Positions 12,909 to 25,289 of a DNA stretch of 64,000 nt are shown in pieces. The notes beneath the pieces were generated by a model. It did no database searches. It saw nothing but the letters and a program-made list of their open reading frames with translations, and was not told the DNA's origin. Source of the stretch: Carcharhinus amblyrhynchos (taxonomy: Eukaryota); assembly GCA_965287045.1 (NCBI GenBank), contig OZ336870.1, forward strand, positions 154,194,001 through 154,258,000, read 5' to 3'. Positions within the stretch are counted from its first letter, which is position 1; every line of letters starts with the position of its first letter. The translations under genes and the position numbers were made by a program.

Positions 12909-13212
12909 CTTTCCTGTCGGGTTTAAGGTTCCTGTCCACTGGCGGTGGCTGACAATCAGCAGTCGGTACTGGCCTCCTGGGAGGTGTTTTTGGGCTTACT
13001 CTGAAACCCATGTGTGCTGGAGGTGGTACCTGCATTCCCAGTCCAGGGAAATCAAAAGGACCAGGTGTCATAGCTACATAATTCGTGTCCTGGATTGGTT
13101 CAGTGTGGCTGATTGACTGCAGGCGTGGTGGAGAGTTGGCATCCATGGGCACATAGTTCTGGTCAGCTTCTTCATTACACAAACTTGACAGTGGCAGCAT
13201 ATCCTTCCTTTG
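12909..13212 (-). CDS. GAB1: GAB1 exon 6 (p85 YxxM sites, Met-binding site, Grb2 SH3 site)
   Basis: QRKDMLPL...NYVPM...NYVAMTPG...[21 protein letters not shown]...[13 protein letters not shown]. The Met-binding motif [13 protein letters not shown] identifies GAB1. 304 nt, acceptor ttttaag, donor G|gtaagt, phase 0->1. Confidence 0.98.
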
Positions 13213-13324
13213 CTTAAAATTGAAGGGAAAAAAGTTGCAATTTAAAAAAACTCATTCAAATTGCTCAATTTACTCTTTCAAAAAAAAAAGAACAGCATTC
13301 CTCCTAATATCAGCTTGCCAAATG

Positions 13325-13660
13325 GCAGCATTCTCACCTCAGAATCAGAAGGTCCTGGGTTCAAACCTCATTACAGGTTTGAGCACATATGCCAGACTGG
13401 CTTTCAATGGTACTTAAGAAGTTCTGCATTGTCAGAGATATGAAATCAATAAGGTCCCACTGTACTATTCAAAGAGGAGTCCTCAACCAGCTTCCAAAAA
13501 CAGATCAACTGGCCATTTGTTCTATTGCTGTTTGTGTAAGACCTTGCAATATGAAACTTGGTTGTTACGTTTGCCAAAATTATAACAAGATTACTCTTCA
13601 GAAGCTTTTCATTGGCTGCAAAGTACTTTCAGATGTCTCAATGACATCAAGGATACTAAA
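13325..13660 (+). mobile_element. Deu-domain SINE (SacSINE1/AmnSINE-like)
   Basis: tRNA-like head (gaatcagaaggtcctgggttcaaacc) and Deu-like body (attgctgtttgtg..accttgc...cattggctgcaaagtacttt). Family assigned from recalled consensus. Confidence 0.65.
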
Positions 13661-13816
13661 GGTTATATTTTAACTCATTAAGTGGGTGGGTTTTGAAGGA
13701 ATTAAAATCTCATCCTATTCAGACCTGTATAGTTCAGTACTATAGCAATCTTCAAGTACTAACTGAAATACTGGGGATAGCCTGCCCTGGTAATGAGCTT
13801 GGAGGGAGAAAAATTG

Positions 13817-14009
13817 ATGTGGAAATGCCAGCGTTGGACTTGGTTAAGCACAATAAGAAGTCTCACAACACCAGGTTAAAGTCCAACAGGTTTATTTGGT
13901 ATCAGAACTCCCCACTCACCTGACAAAGAAGCAGCGCTCCAAAAGCTAGTAGCGTTTGTTACCAAATAAACCTGTGGGGCTTTAACCTGGTGTTGAGACT
14001 TCTTACTAC
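13817..14009. mobile_element. Short foldback Penelope-derived element with 11-bp target-site duplication
   Basis: Inverted arms 13854-13901 and 13960-14007. GAGAAAAATTG flanks both sides (13806-13816, 14010-14020). Confidence 0.75.
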
Positions 14010-14074
14010 GAGAAAAATTGCCATGGGGTTACAGGCCATTTAAAAGGCCTCCGCTCCCCGATCCTTCTTTATAA

Positions 14075-14420
14075 ATTCATTCTTGAGATGTGGGTAATCC
14101 TTGTTGGGCAACATTTAATACCAATCCCTAGATGGTGGGCCTAATGGTGGGCCGCCTTGAGTTACTAAAATCCACATGGAAGGTGTCCTTACAATACTGT
14201 TAGGTAGGGAGATTTAGGATTTTGACACAGGGAGGTTGGAGGAATGCTGACATATACAAGGGCAGCACATGACTTAGTGGAGTTTGAAAATGGAGGTATC
14301 GCATACACCTGTTGCCCTTGTCCTTTAAGGTGGTGGTGGTCACGGTGTGGGAGGTGCTGCAGGAAAGTGTCAGCAAGTTGTAATCTTAAATAATACATTA
14401 TGCAGCCATGAGACATCATG
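14075..14420 (-). mobile_element. LINE 3' fragment, family unassigned
   Basis: Similar to 30460-30875 (ggattttgac..., ctgttgcccttgtcctt...). Confidence 0.5.
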
Positions 14421-15096
14421 GACATTTAGACTGTACTTCCATTCTGCTATATCCAGGCTGTCCAACCTTTTCACTCGGCAGGGTGGGAAGGAGAAGGTAC
14501 AAAGACTGTTTGTCTGGCTCACTCCAAATCTCTTGATGCTTAATCACTCACACACACTCACTGGGAGAGTAGGTGTGTTTGTGCCTTAGTATGTGGAGGT
14601 GAGAATGAGTAAGAAACCTGGAGGGGGGGAGGGCTTGCAGGCAATGCATTGGACAAGCCTGTGCTGTATCTACGCTCTCAACTTTCCTTTGGGAATTAAT
14701 TTGCAACTCTGACTTGATTACAGGAGTTAAATGGCCAAATGTACCACAAACACTCGAGTACTCCACTGGACTAAGTGTAGATTTTTGTGCTCAAGCCCTG
14801 GAATGGGCTCAGAACATTGTGGACCAGAGGCGAAAGTGCTCCAAATGAGCCATGGTTACACAGTTTTTTCTGGAATTACTCAATAAATATCTCTTCTGCA
14901 AATACTGTATTTGATAATGACTATTCCAGGACATATGATTTGATTATTTTGGTTATTTTAATTCTACCCCATTATGCCTTACAATGTACACTGAAAAAGT
15001 ACGTTGTTACATTTTGAAACCTGAAGGGTTAAGAACTCATTCTAAATAAATGCAGCCTTGTGATGACTTGTATTAAAATAAGTAAAACACACTTAC

Positions 15097-15179
15097 TAGG
15101 TAACTACTAAACCCTTCCCCAAGATCGACTGAATTTGAAAATGTTCTTGGAATATCGTAGCTATCTTGAGGACCACAGT
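15097..15179 (-). CDS. GAB1: GAB1 exon 5
   Basis: DCGPQDSYDIPRTFSNSVDLGEGFSSYL. Acceptor ctttcttttacag, donor CTA|gtaagt, 83 nt, phase 1->0. Confidence 0.93.
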
Positions 15180-16089
15180 CTGTAAAAGAAAGAGTTTCAA
15201 GACTGAGGTTACCAAAATCAAAATGGGAAGAAAGTAGGACACGAACAGCAGAACGTATTACATTCAATGTTCAAAAATATCTAATTTGTTGAAAACTGAA
15301 ATGAAACCAATGGTTTAAATTACAATAGCTTTTGGTGTTGATTCCCTCTCAAAATGGCAGTCAAGATCACTTACTAATAGTACAACAGTTCTGTCCATCA
15401 CAATTGCATAGATCTTTAAGACTTTGAAGTTTGACGGTACTGTATGCTTAAAAGCATTTGTTTCTCTATAATTGGTTGATGTCTAAGGTAATCTTTTATA
15501 CCGATATAGGGTGATGTGCTGTAATTTCACAGTAACTGAAAAGAACAGCTTTATAGCTATAAAGAAATGGATTTATTACAAATATGTAATAAAATTAATT
15601 GCACAGAAGTTACTTAATGTCAAGGTTTTACTGCAGCCTGCACTTCCTTTTAATTTCATTCTTTACTGCATTCAACCAGACCTTCCAAAACAGAAAACTC
15701 GCTCCAATACTGATCTGAAATAAAATAGAAATGACAGCAATGTTCTATTTATGAAGTGAAAATGTTCAAAAGATTGGAGAGCAATGAGTGAGTCAGCGCA
15801 TGGATACAGTCACTGCATGTGTAAATCCAGCTTATAGCAGAAACTAATCATGTGCCAAGTTCTCCAAAGGAGGAGTAACAGTGCCTCAGACAGAAGAGTC
15901 TAGTTATGCATGCTTCCTACTCTCTGGTTACAGCAGCAGCAGCAGAATGCTGTATACTTTTAGCTGGAGGGCATTGCATGGTATGAGCTAATCAGAATAC
16001 CTTTCCTGACAGTAAAATTAACTGATGCCACATTTCCCAAGGCTGATATATATATACTTTAATTATTGCAATGTAATAACGCCTGGATG

Positions 16090-16762
16090 TCCTTGTTCAT
16101 GAGACACTAAAAGTTAGCATGCAGGTGCAACAAAGCAATTGAGGCGGTAAATGGTATGTTGGTCTTTGTTGCAAGGGGAGTTGAGTACAAATGTCTTGCT
16201 GCAGTTCTATAGAGCCTTGGTGAGGCCTCATCTGGAGCACTGTGTACAGTTTTGGTCCCTTTATCTTTGGAGGGATATACTTGCCACAGAGGAAATGCAA
16301 TGGAGATTCATCAGATTAATCCCTGGGATGGCGGGATTGTTTTGTGGGGAGAGATTGAGGAGACTGCGACTGAAAGCCCTAGAGTTTCGAAGAATGAGAG
16401 CTGACTTCATTGAAATGTACAAAATTCTTACAAGGTATGACAGGGTAAATGTAGATAGGCTGTTTCCCCCAGCTGGTGAGTCTAAAACTAGGGACATAAT
16501 CTCAAGGATAAGGGACAAGTCATTTAAGATTGAGGGGAGAAGGAATTTCTTCACTTGGAGGGTGGAGAGTCTTATGAATTCTCTACCCAGAAGGTTGTTG
16601 AAGCTCAATTATTGAGCACATTTAAGAAAGAGATCAATAGTGAATATATCAAGGGACATGGAGGTAGTGCAAGAAAATAGCATTAGCATGGTTGATCAAC
16701 CATGATCTAATTGAATGGTGGGGCAGGTTTGACAGACTGAACAGTCTACTCCAGTTCCTATA
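16090..16762 (+). mobile_element. Older CR1 3' fragment
   Basis: YRALVRPHLEHCVQFWS...RRMRADFIEMYK...RRNFFTWRV, followed by CR1 3' UTR. Confidence 0.9.
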
Positions 16763-17959
16763 TACGTGCATAATAATTTTAAATCATTATTCCAACCTGT
16801 AACCAATGCAAATTGAAAACCTTACCCAGTTTAGGTTGAATTTAACAATTTCATAAATGGGAACAGGAAGATAAAAAGCTTGAAAGGGGAAAAGCTGGCA
16901 TATAATCTGACTATTGCAGCTTTCTTATTGAATTCAATCATTTTTAAGGCAATAACATAACACAAATGAATGAAAGGGCTGTCAATCCTTACGGAGTCAA
17001 CACCCACACTCGGCAACTAAACCTCGAGCAGTTGTCACCCAAACACAAATCAAAGCCCCTGTCCAACCTGAAAAACTTTCCTTTAAATGTGCACCAAGAT
17101 ATTAACAGCTTTTTAAGTAAATTGTTACATACAAATAATGAAGTTAAAACAAAATGCTGGGGTAAGAGAATATTTTGCATTGTAAGTACTTCCCATTATT
17201 CTTATTTAATAGCAATTAATGGCTGTACATGGGCACACACCTGGCTGCAGAATATAGGTGGCAGAAGTATCTGAAACTTTAAGCAGGGTAATGAGGATGT
17301 TGCTAGTAAAAGACAATCAGAAACCAAACAAAACTGAAGAAAGCAAACAACCGTACATAAGCACAGTTGCCTGGGGCTCTATCCCATTCATTAGAATTCT
17401 AGAACTGCACAACAGGAATATTATGTGATACAATTGAGACAACCATCACATGGTTCCCTGTTTCACAGAATCGACACTTGTGCTGGGAGCATAATAGGCC
17501 CTGGACAACTTGAGCTGAAGTTGCTAATTGACAAGCTCAGACACGTGCTAGACTCAATGACTTCAGATCTCTCTTCAGAAACTCAAATAAAAATCTACGT
17601 GTTTGAAGTAATGTCATGATAGCCCTTGGCATTTTTGAAACAGGCTTGGTGACCATCAATTTATTTTGTACAGCAGAGTACACATCAACAATGAAAGCAA
17701 ATTCCTCTCCTTTCTAGCCTTTACAAAAATTATACATGGACTATGAAAATAGGCTTATGATGAAAAAGGTGCATCGTTTCAATGTTACTAAATATTATTT
17801 CAGAGTCAAATTTCCGGACAAGTATGGGCTTGCCAATGTGAATTCGCTTTTTTGGTTTCATGGCTTGTCCTTTAGGGGGACAACTCCACATTTATGAAAA
17901 ATGTTGTTTTCTCAAACATATTTCCCCACCACTCCTCATTTAAAAGCTATTGATTCGAG

Positions 17960-18054
17960 AAAATTTCACAGGCTCCTACTCGATTCACGAGCCTCAGCAG
18001 CAAATGTTGTTAAATTATTCAACCATGGAGAGAACCATATTCCTGTCCTCACTT

Positions 18055-18123
<69 letters not shown>

Positions 18124-18300
18124 GGAGCGGGGACACTGCACAGCAAATTGGAACAAAAAACTGCTTTACTTTTCCCCTCATTATTCTAGGAGCAGCGAGA
18201 CCAACTGTAACAGTTTTAATACAATCACAGAAGTGATCAGATATCTCAACACTGCCTAGCAATTGAACCCGGAGCCTCCGTGGTCTTTATGACTCAGTGG
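17960..18300 (-). mobile_element. LF-SINE-like element containing an expanded (TG)n
   Basis: gaccacggaggctccgggttcaatt..gtgttgagatatctgatc..gaggggaaaa..cccgctcctg..(tg)n..tcaagtgaggacagga. Resembles recalled LF-SINE consensus; not verified by search. Confidence 0.55.
18056..18119. repeat. (CA)32 microsatellite
   Basis: Perfect AC repeat. Confidence 0.99.
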
Positions 18301-18355
18301 TTAAACGAGAGAGATCAGAGAAAGTATGGTTACTTACTCAAGCCACTGAACTGAC

Positions 18356-18963
18356 CTTTTCTTAGCCAATGGCCTTCCACAGTGCCAATGGTATTGCTTC
18401 GAAGAGTTTTGCCTGATGTAGGAATGCTGTAATTAGTATCAGCCTCTGAGGACGAGCGTGGTACACAATAGGTGTCCACGGGGGAACGGTCATGAGATAG
18501 AGAAGGTTTTGGTGGGCGAGGAGGAGGAACATCTGGTATAGGTTCCAACTTTGAGCAACTTTGACTTAGGGTCCCCTCTCCGGAAGGTCGTGGAATCTGA
18601 TAAGTACCTCCTGGCGTGGGAGGAATGTCATAACAGACAGACATCTGTCTCATTTGATTTTCTATACCAGATATCCGTGAGGGTGTATTAAATACATATA
18701 AATCTCCTTCAGTGTCAGCAACCGATGGAGGGCAAGTTCCAGCAATTATGTCTTGGGAAAAACTTCTTGGCAGGTTGTAAAGACTTGAATCTGTAGACGT
18801 AGATGTAGCTCTGGGTGGGGGAGAATCATAAAAACTTTGTTGTGAAAAGAAGCCATTCACAGCCTGTTTAGTTGCTGGAGGTGCTGGGGGTTTGTGAGAA
18901 GGTACATTGTCATTGCAGTCAGTTTCTGACGAGGTGGACTTGGTCAAAGAGTCTGCATGCAAC
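18356..18963 (-). CDS. GAB1: GAB1 exon 4
   Basis: [24 protein letters not shown]...YDSPP...YNLPRS...[13 protein letters not shown]...[11 protein letters not shown]...RSNTI. Acceptor tttttcag, donor G|gtcagt, 608 nt, phase 2->1. Confidence 0.97.
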
Positions 18964-20204
18964 CTGAAAAACAAAACAGAGGACTCTCAATAACTATTTT
19001 CCACATTAGCATCATTAACAAAATGTAGAAAAGTGACAAGTGCAAATGGAGTCAGCAACTGGCTGCGTTCGGTGAAAACTGATTTGATGGAGACAATCTA
19101 GCAACCCCAACTTTTCTTTTAGGCAATCTGTGGATTAGAACACTTAGTTGTACTTTTACATTTATTACAAAAAGGGAATGACACAGAAAGCATGCCATCA
19201 GTGTGGCCTGCTGATCTCACTTGCTTCTAATTTAGTAATGAAAGAAAGGGTAGGGCTGCTATAAGTAACATATTAAATAAATCACTTGAATCAGCAGTCA
19301 AGAGAAAGTAAATCCACTGGAATGCAAACATGCAGACAAGAAATTTTACATTTCAACTACAGATCAAATTACATAGCTTTATTTAACACACAATTTTCAC
19401 CCCCATGGAAACCTATTGAGACTCTGCCCTCTGTAAACCTTCTTATCCAAAGCTCTGCATATCTTACATGGCATCAAGTCCCACTCACCCATTTCCTTGG
19501 TCTTCACCAAATATATTGAATTCTACTTCCCCATGCCACAAATTTAAAATTCTCGTCTAAGTTATTAAAAAAAACATATTACCTATACAGATTACACACT
19601 TCTCAATAAACGTGAATAAAACTTTAACAAAGCTAGTATCTGAACAACTTCCATATATGACTGAGCGCGCTGTTGGAGAGGTTTTGTGTTACAGTGGGTA
19701 CCATTCCTGCCTCTGAACCAGAAGCTTTTGATTCAAGTCCAACTCCAAGACTTGATGGCCGAGCTGTGTCCCTTATACATCTAAACAGGTTGGGTATCCA
19801 TTTGTAAATCTTTCCCAAAAACGCAAATGACAGATAGTAAAAATGGGAGATATTTCTGGTCAGCCAAGTGATGGAAAGAAAACTGAAGCCTCTACCATCA
19901 CTATTCATGGCTCTGGTCAAAACTTGCATGTCAAGTGCATAGGGCTGGTTCGCTCATGGCCTGTGTACATCATATTGGTGCAAACAGCTTGGGATTTGAT
20001 CAATGTTCCAGCTAGGATGGATTTGAGACCTGCCTCTTTGTCCTATCTGTGGCGGAGGTTGCCTTTGAACAGAAAGAAAAAGAGCTGCTTCAGGACACAG
20101 TGAAACAGAATAAAGTGAAGACCAATACTGGAAATTCTACTGGTGCAATCAACTGCACCTCCACCATATTCAGATTCCATACATTTCTATACAATTTGGC
20201 CATA

Positions 20205-21000
20205 TGAACATATAAAATTGGAGAAGTAGACCATTCGGTCTCTCAAGCCTACACTGCCATTTGATAAAATCAAGGCTGATCTGTTTGTGTTTCTAGTCCT
20301 GCATTTCCATGTACCTCAGATAACCTTTGATTTTCTTGTCCAACAAGAATCTAACTACCTCTGCCTTAAAAAAAAGTTAATGACCACAAATTCTGAGGCA
20401 GAGGGTTCCTAAATCACACAAACCTCAGAAAAACATATCCTCATCTCTATCCTAACCAGGCCAACTCCTATTTTTAAAATATTGCCTCCCAGTTCTGGAC
20501 TCACCTACAAGCAGAAACATCCTTTTCCATGTCCACCTGGTCAATAACGTTCAGGATACTGCAATCAGATCCCCCTCACTCTTCTAGACTCCAGTGGACA
20601 CAAACCAGTCTGTCTAGCCTTTCCTCATAAGGCTAACTGCTCATTCCAGGTATCAATCTAGCGAACTTCTGTTCAAGTACCTCTAATGCATTTACATTCT
20701 CCCTTTAATAAGGACACCAAAACTGAACACAATATTCGAGATGCAATCTCACCAATACTCTATAACTGAAGCAACATCCTTACTTTCATGTTCAATTCAT
20801 CTTGTAATAAAAGACAGTGCTTTATCAGTCTTAATAATTACTTGCGGTTCTTGGATACAAATTTTTTTGAGACTCATGCACTGGAACACCGTGAATCCTC
20901 TACAGCCATTTCCATCTAGGTTTTCTTATTCTTCCTGCTAAAGTGAGCAACTTCACATTTATGCATCATCTGCCAGGGTTTTGTCCATTTGATAAGATCG
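20205..21000 (-). mobile_element. Degraded CR1 3' fragment
   Basis: Reverse-strand CR1 3' UTR and WTKPWQM..KCEVAHF motif in ORF 20916-21122. Confidence 0.8.
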
Positions 21001-21034
21001 TGAAAATATACATCAATTTTGTGTGATAGTACAG

Positions 21035-21343
21035 AATTTGAGTATTGCTGTTTTGTCAAATCTTTTTGTCTTACTTTCATCAGGATAGTTTTCATGAATA
21101 CCAATGTAAGGGGAAGCAACAAATTAATACTGTATGAGAAGAGTGTGTTAATTGGTTGTCAAGTGATGCATGCTTCACGGTAACTTCCCCACAGAGTCCA
21201 CTTCTCAACTAATCAGCACTCCCCTCTCATACAATATTACCTTGTTGCTTCCCCTTACATCGATGTTGTTGCAAAAGGTTCTGATGAGTGCAAGACAAAA
21301 AGCTTCGACAGAATAGTATTTTTTTCAAGCAATACATCAAATT
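21035..21343. mobile_element. ~310-bp palindromic element with hammerhead-like motifs in both arms
   Basis: Arms are reverse complements (atgtaaggggaagcaacaa / ttgttgcttccccttacat). Related partial copies at ~28015-28120 and from ~36190. Confidence 0.75.
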
Positions 21344-22289
21344 TGCTTCAATCAAAGTTATGCGCCATTGGGAAATGCGGCAACAATTTAAAGGATGGAA
21401 ACTAGGGTCTAGTCATGTTTTAATAATGGAGATTGTGCAATTGTGACAGTTTAATCATAATTCTAGGAGCAAAGTAACTCTTTATAGTTTCCAAACACAA
21501 TGAAGTTCCAAACAAGTTTTTGATCACCGATAAATTTGGTTTTACAGCTGGGCTATAGACAGAAGCATCACTGCTAATGTCATTTTAGGCTTTGATACAT
21601 GGAGGACATCTGCTCCTTAAATTGTCTTTGAAGGAATATGACAGATATACTAAATCTAAATCCAACCTGGATAATCCTTTCAAAAAGTACTATTGCCAGC
21701 GTGCAATTCTCCCTCTTTTTCGCACATTAATTCTCATGCTTTTGTCTTTATTAAGTATGTCTCTTAGAAATAAATTAGAGAATCTTATCCCATTATGAAA
21801 ATCATGTACATTATTCACATCAAATTAAATGAATAGCTAGTCTTTCGCAAGGCAGGTTAACGAGTTCAACTGGTCCTTTAAGTGTTCTTTGTTGGACACA
21901 TTCATGGTCAAAGACCATGATATGGTGCACCAAAGAATTAAGGACACAGTTGAAGTTATTTGCTTGATTGGATTTTCTGACATGGAGCGTGAGGAAAAGG
22001 TAGAAGAACAAAAATTGTACTTCTACAATTCGCCATGACATTATGAGAGAACATGTCAGACTGCACAGCAGCATTTTCATGGAAAAACAAAAAAATGGAA
22101 AATCACACAGAGGGCCAGTCAGAATCTGGCGAGATAACAGACCCTCCTTCACCTGAAGCACTAAATTTAATTCATTCTCCCCAAAGCTGACTGGTCTGCA
22201 GTGTCTTCCCAGCCTTTTCTGTTTTTGATTCAGCATCTGCACTATTTTAGTTTTACTGACATTCTCAAGGAGTTTGATCCAAACAAACA

Positions 22290-22510
22290 GAATCATAAAA
22301 TTGTTATGGCACAGAAGGAGGCCACTTGTCCCATCATGTCTGCACTGCCACTCATGTGGCTCTCCGTCTGAGCAACTCACCTAGTTCCATTCCTCCACCT
22401 TCTCCCTGTGAACACTCACCCTTTTCAGATAGTAGTCTAATTCCCTTTTGAATGTTTGAATTAAACCTGCCTCCACCGTGCTCTCAGGTAGTGCATTCCA
22501 GGCCTGCTTA
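22290..22510 (-). mobile_element. CR1 3' end fragment
   Basis: agaatcataaaattgttatggcacagaaggaggcc...caggtagtgcattccag resembles a reverse CR1 3' end. Confidence 0.6.
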
Positions 22511-22559
22511 TCTCAGCTTTATCTCAGAACATTTTTGCTGCCTTTAAGAATTATTTTAA

Positions 22560-22878
22560 ATCACAGAAATCCTACCGTGCAGGAGGAGGCCATTTGGCCT
22601 GTCAGGTCAGCACTGACAACAGTCCCACCTAGATCCTATCCCCATAACCCAACATATTTACCCCGCTAGTCTCTCTAACCTACGCATCCCAGGAGACCAA
22701 GGGGCAATTTAGCATGGCCAATGCATCTTACCAGCACATCTTTCAGACTGTGGGAAGAAACCCACACAGACACGGGAAGAACATGCAAAGTCCACACAGA
22801 CCATGACCCAAGGAATCGAACCCAGGCCCCTGGAGCTGTGAGGCAGCAGTGCTAACTACTGTACCAACGTGCCGCCCA
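22560..22878 (-). mobile_element. HE1-like tRNA SINE
   Basis: A/B boxes and a body shared with the other copies. Confidence 0.87.
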
Positions 22879-22959
22879 TAAATCTGTGTCTTATTCCTGA
22901 TCTTTTCACGAATGGGAACAATTTCTCCACCGGAGTATGGCTGGTACAGAGTGTAATTA

Positions 22960-23250
22960 CTGCGGGTTTGGACACTGGTTTAAGGTGTTTGACAAAAGAA
23001 CCAAAGGTGCTACGAGGAAAAACATTTTCATGTAACACATGGTTGGGATAACATGAAATGCATTAGCTAAGAGTGTGTCATGGGCAGAGTCAATTGTGGC
23101 TTTCAAATGGGAATTAGATTATGATCTGAAAAACTGTCCAGGGTTATTGGGAAAGGGCAGAGAAAGATGACTAGCTGAGTTGCTCTTGCAGTGTGCTGGC
23201 ACAAACACAACAGCCTGATCAGCTTCCTTTTGTGCTATAGCCATTCTATA
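22960..23250 (+). mobile_element. CR1 3' end fragment
   Basis: Degenerate RKNFF..RVV..WN region and CR1-type 3' UTR. Confidence 0.6.
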
Positions 23251-23714
23251 ATATGCAAATATAACTCAACTTCTGGTAACTGCAATAACAACCTGTAATG
23301 GCAATGTGCAGGCAAGTCCACAAAAAAGTGACAAATATTGGTCCACTTCTTTTAAAAAGTTTTGGGTTTCCATGAGTAATTTGTATCTCAATTCATCCAC
23401 ACACTAACATCTTGCTCATTCATTATTTTTACACGTTGAGTGATTCAGTGATCATCTCTCATTGAAACAAAATATCTCATACAACTAGATTTATCATATT
23501 TTTCCATAGTTCAAATAATTAAGTATGTGATCTTAAAAAAAAAGCCCCAAATCAAAAGTAACCTAGATGGGAAGCCTTATGTTACTTATCTTCAGGCAGT
23601 TTTTTAGTTACCTTGAAAATTTTGAAATATAACGTCTGCAAAGGTGTACAGATTTGTTTGTTCCTTTTGTAAAATTAACTGCTGCAACGTTAAACATCGG
23701 TATGACCCTGCAGA

Positions 23715-23863
23715 TTCAAAAGGGTCCTTTAAGAGACTTTTGGATATGTACATGGGACTTAGTAAGATAGAGGGTTATAGGTAAACCTAGTAGGCAGGGA
23801 CACATTCGATGCAACTTGTGGGCCGAAGGGCCTGTTTGTGCTGCAGTTTTTCTATGTTCTATG
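23715..23863 (+). mobile_element. Short CR1-type 3' end
   Basis: gggccgaagggcctgtttgtgctg...ttctatgttctatg tail. Confidence 0.65.
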
Positions 23864-25289
23864 ACATGCATATTACTAATGCCAACTCCAAAAACTGGAT
23901 TTATGGATCCACAAGCATTAGCAATCTGCACATTGGAGCCTAGGCAGTGACTGTTGGACACCCACTCATAACCCGGTCCATAGTTACGAGTGGTTCATCG
24001 TTTCCACGTTGAAAATTTCATTCTTGCTCTCTCCGGCCAATTAACAAGCTCATCAAGAGCTTAACAGGCTGTTAATTAGAGGCAAACTGGTTCCCACCTC
24101 CCTTCCACTCCCCCACCTCACCTTCGCTTTAAAAACTGGAGTGCATCAAGCAGGCATTACCAAGCAGGAATGCCTTCCAGGGTTGCCATTTTCAAATTGT
24201 TCTCCACCCTGCCAGCAACTGAAAATACAGCTTGTGAACTGTTACAAGGATCGGCAATGTCCAAGATGTTGTTGTTCCAAGGTGGTGAGATAATTGGTTT
24301 CCTTCAATCATTACCCCACATCCACCTAGACTACCATCAAGTAAGCACTAAATTAGGATACCTTGTTCAATTTCCATCTTCTTAACTAATTCTCCTCCTT
24401 TTGTTTGACTTCTGGGATTCTGTAAGGTCTTACTTCTATTGTCAGTTCAGCTGGTGCCACTAGCACACATCAGATTGCCCTTGTCCTCCTGGGCTGAGAT
24501 GGAAATGCAAAGTCTAGTCCACATCCTGTGCCTGTCCATACTGATCTTCAGTCAGTTCACCAGAGAGGTAAACTCTTCTTTGTATTCTCTGTATCTTGGT
24601 GTCAGGTTCCCTGGTAGTTTCTCCACCACTGATAGGCCCCTCTCTTCTCAATAGCTTAAAGATGTTTGTGTGGTAGATCTGTTCAGGATGCCTTCTCTGA
24701 AAGCATCTGATCTTTATAGTGCACCATCTGTAGCATCATAAGGTTCTTGCCACAAAGCAAAGACCTTGCTTTCCTGTTACTACACAGGAATAACCAACTT
24801 GATCCACTCCCTCACTTTCACTATGTGTTCAACAATATTTTTGGAGAGTTCCTCTTTAGCACTGTCAAGGAATCTGCATGACTCTTGTCCACAGAACAGG
24901 TCACCAGGGAATACTTCATTAAAGACTTAAGCACCCCACTAATGGCAAGCATAGTATAAGGCACTGGGTTAACCCAATTTTCCAAGTTCTTTTTGACTAC
25001 CTTTCCTTTGACATATACTTGAGGGTTTCACTGAACTTTCCACAGGGCTATTGTTCTGAGGACCAGCATGGAGGTCCTTAGCTCTTAATACAGATGAGGT
25101 ACAAAAGTCTTTCATCAGTTTGGACACAAAGGGACTAGCTGGCTTGTTAAGATTTTCTTTGGGTTCCCTATCTATAGAACACCTACAATTCACCCAATAA
25201 GGTTTTAGAGGTTGTGTTCCTTAGTGGAATTGCCTTAGGACGTAGTCAATGTCTAACAAAATATATTGATGTCCTTGAGACCACTAAAG

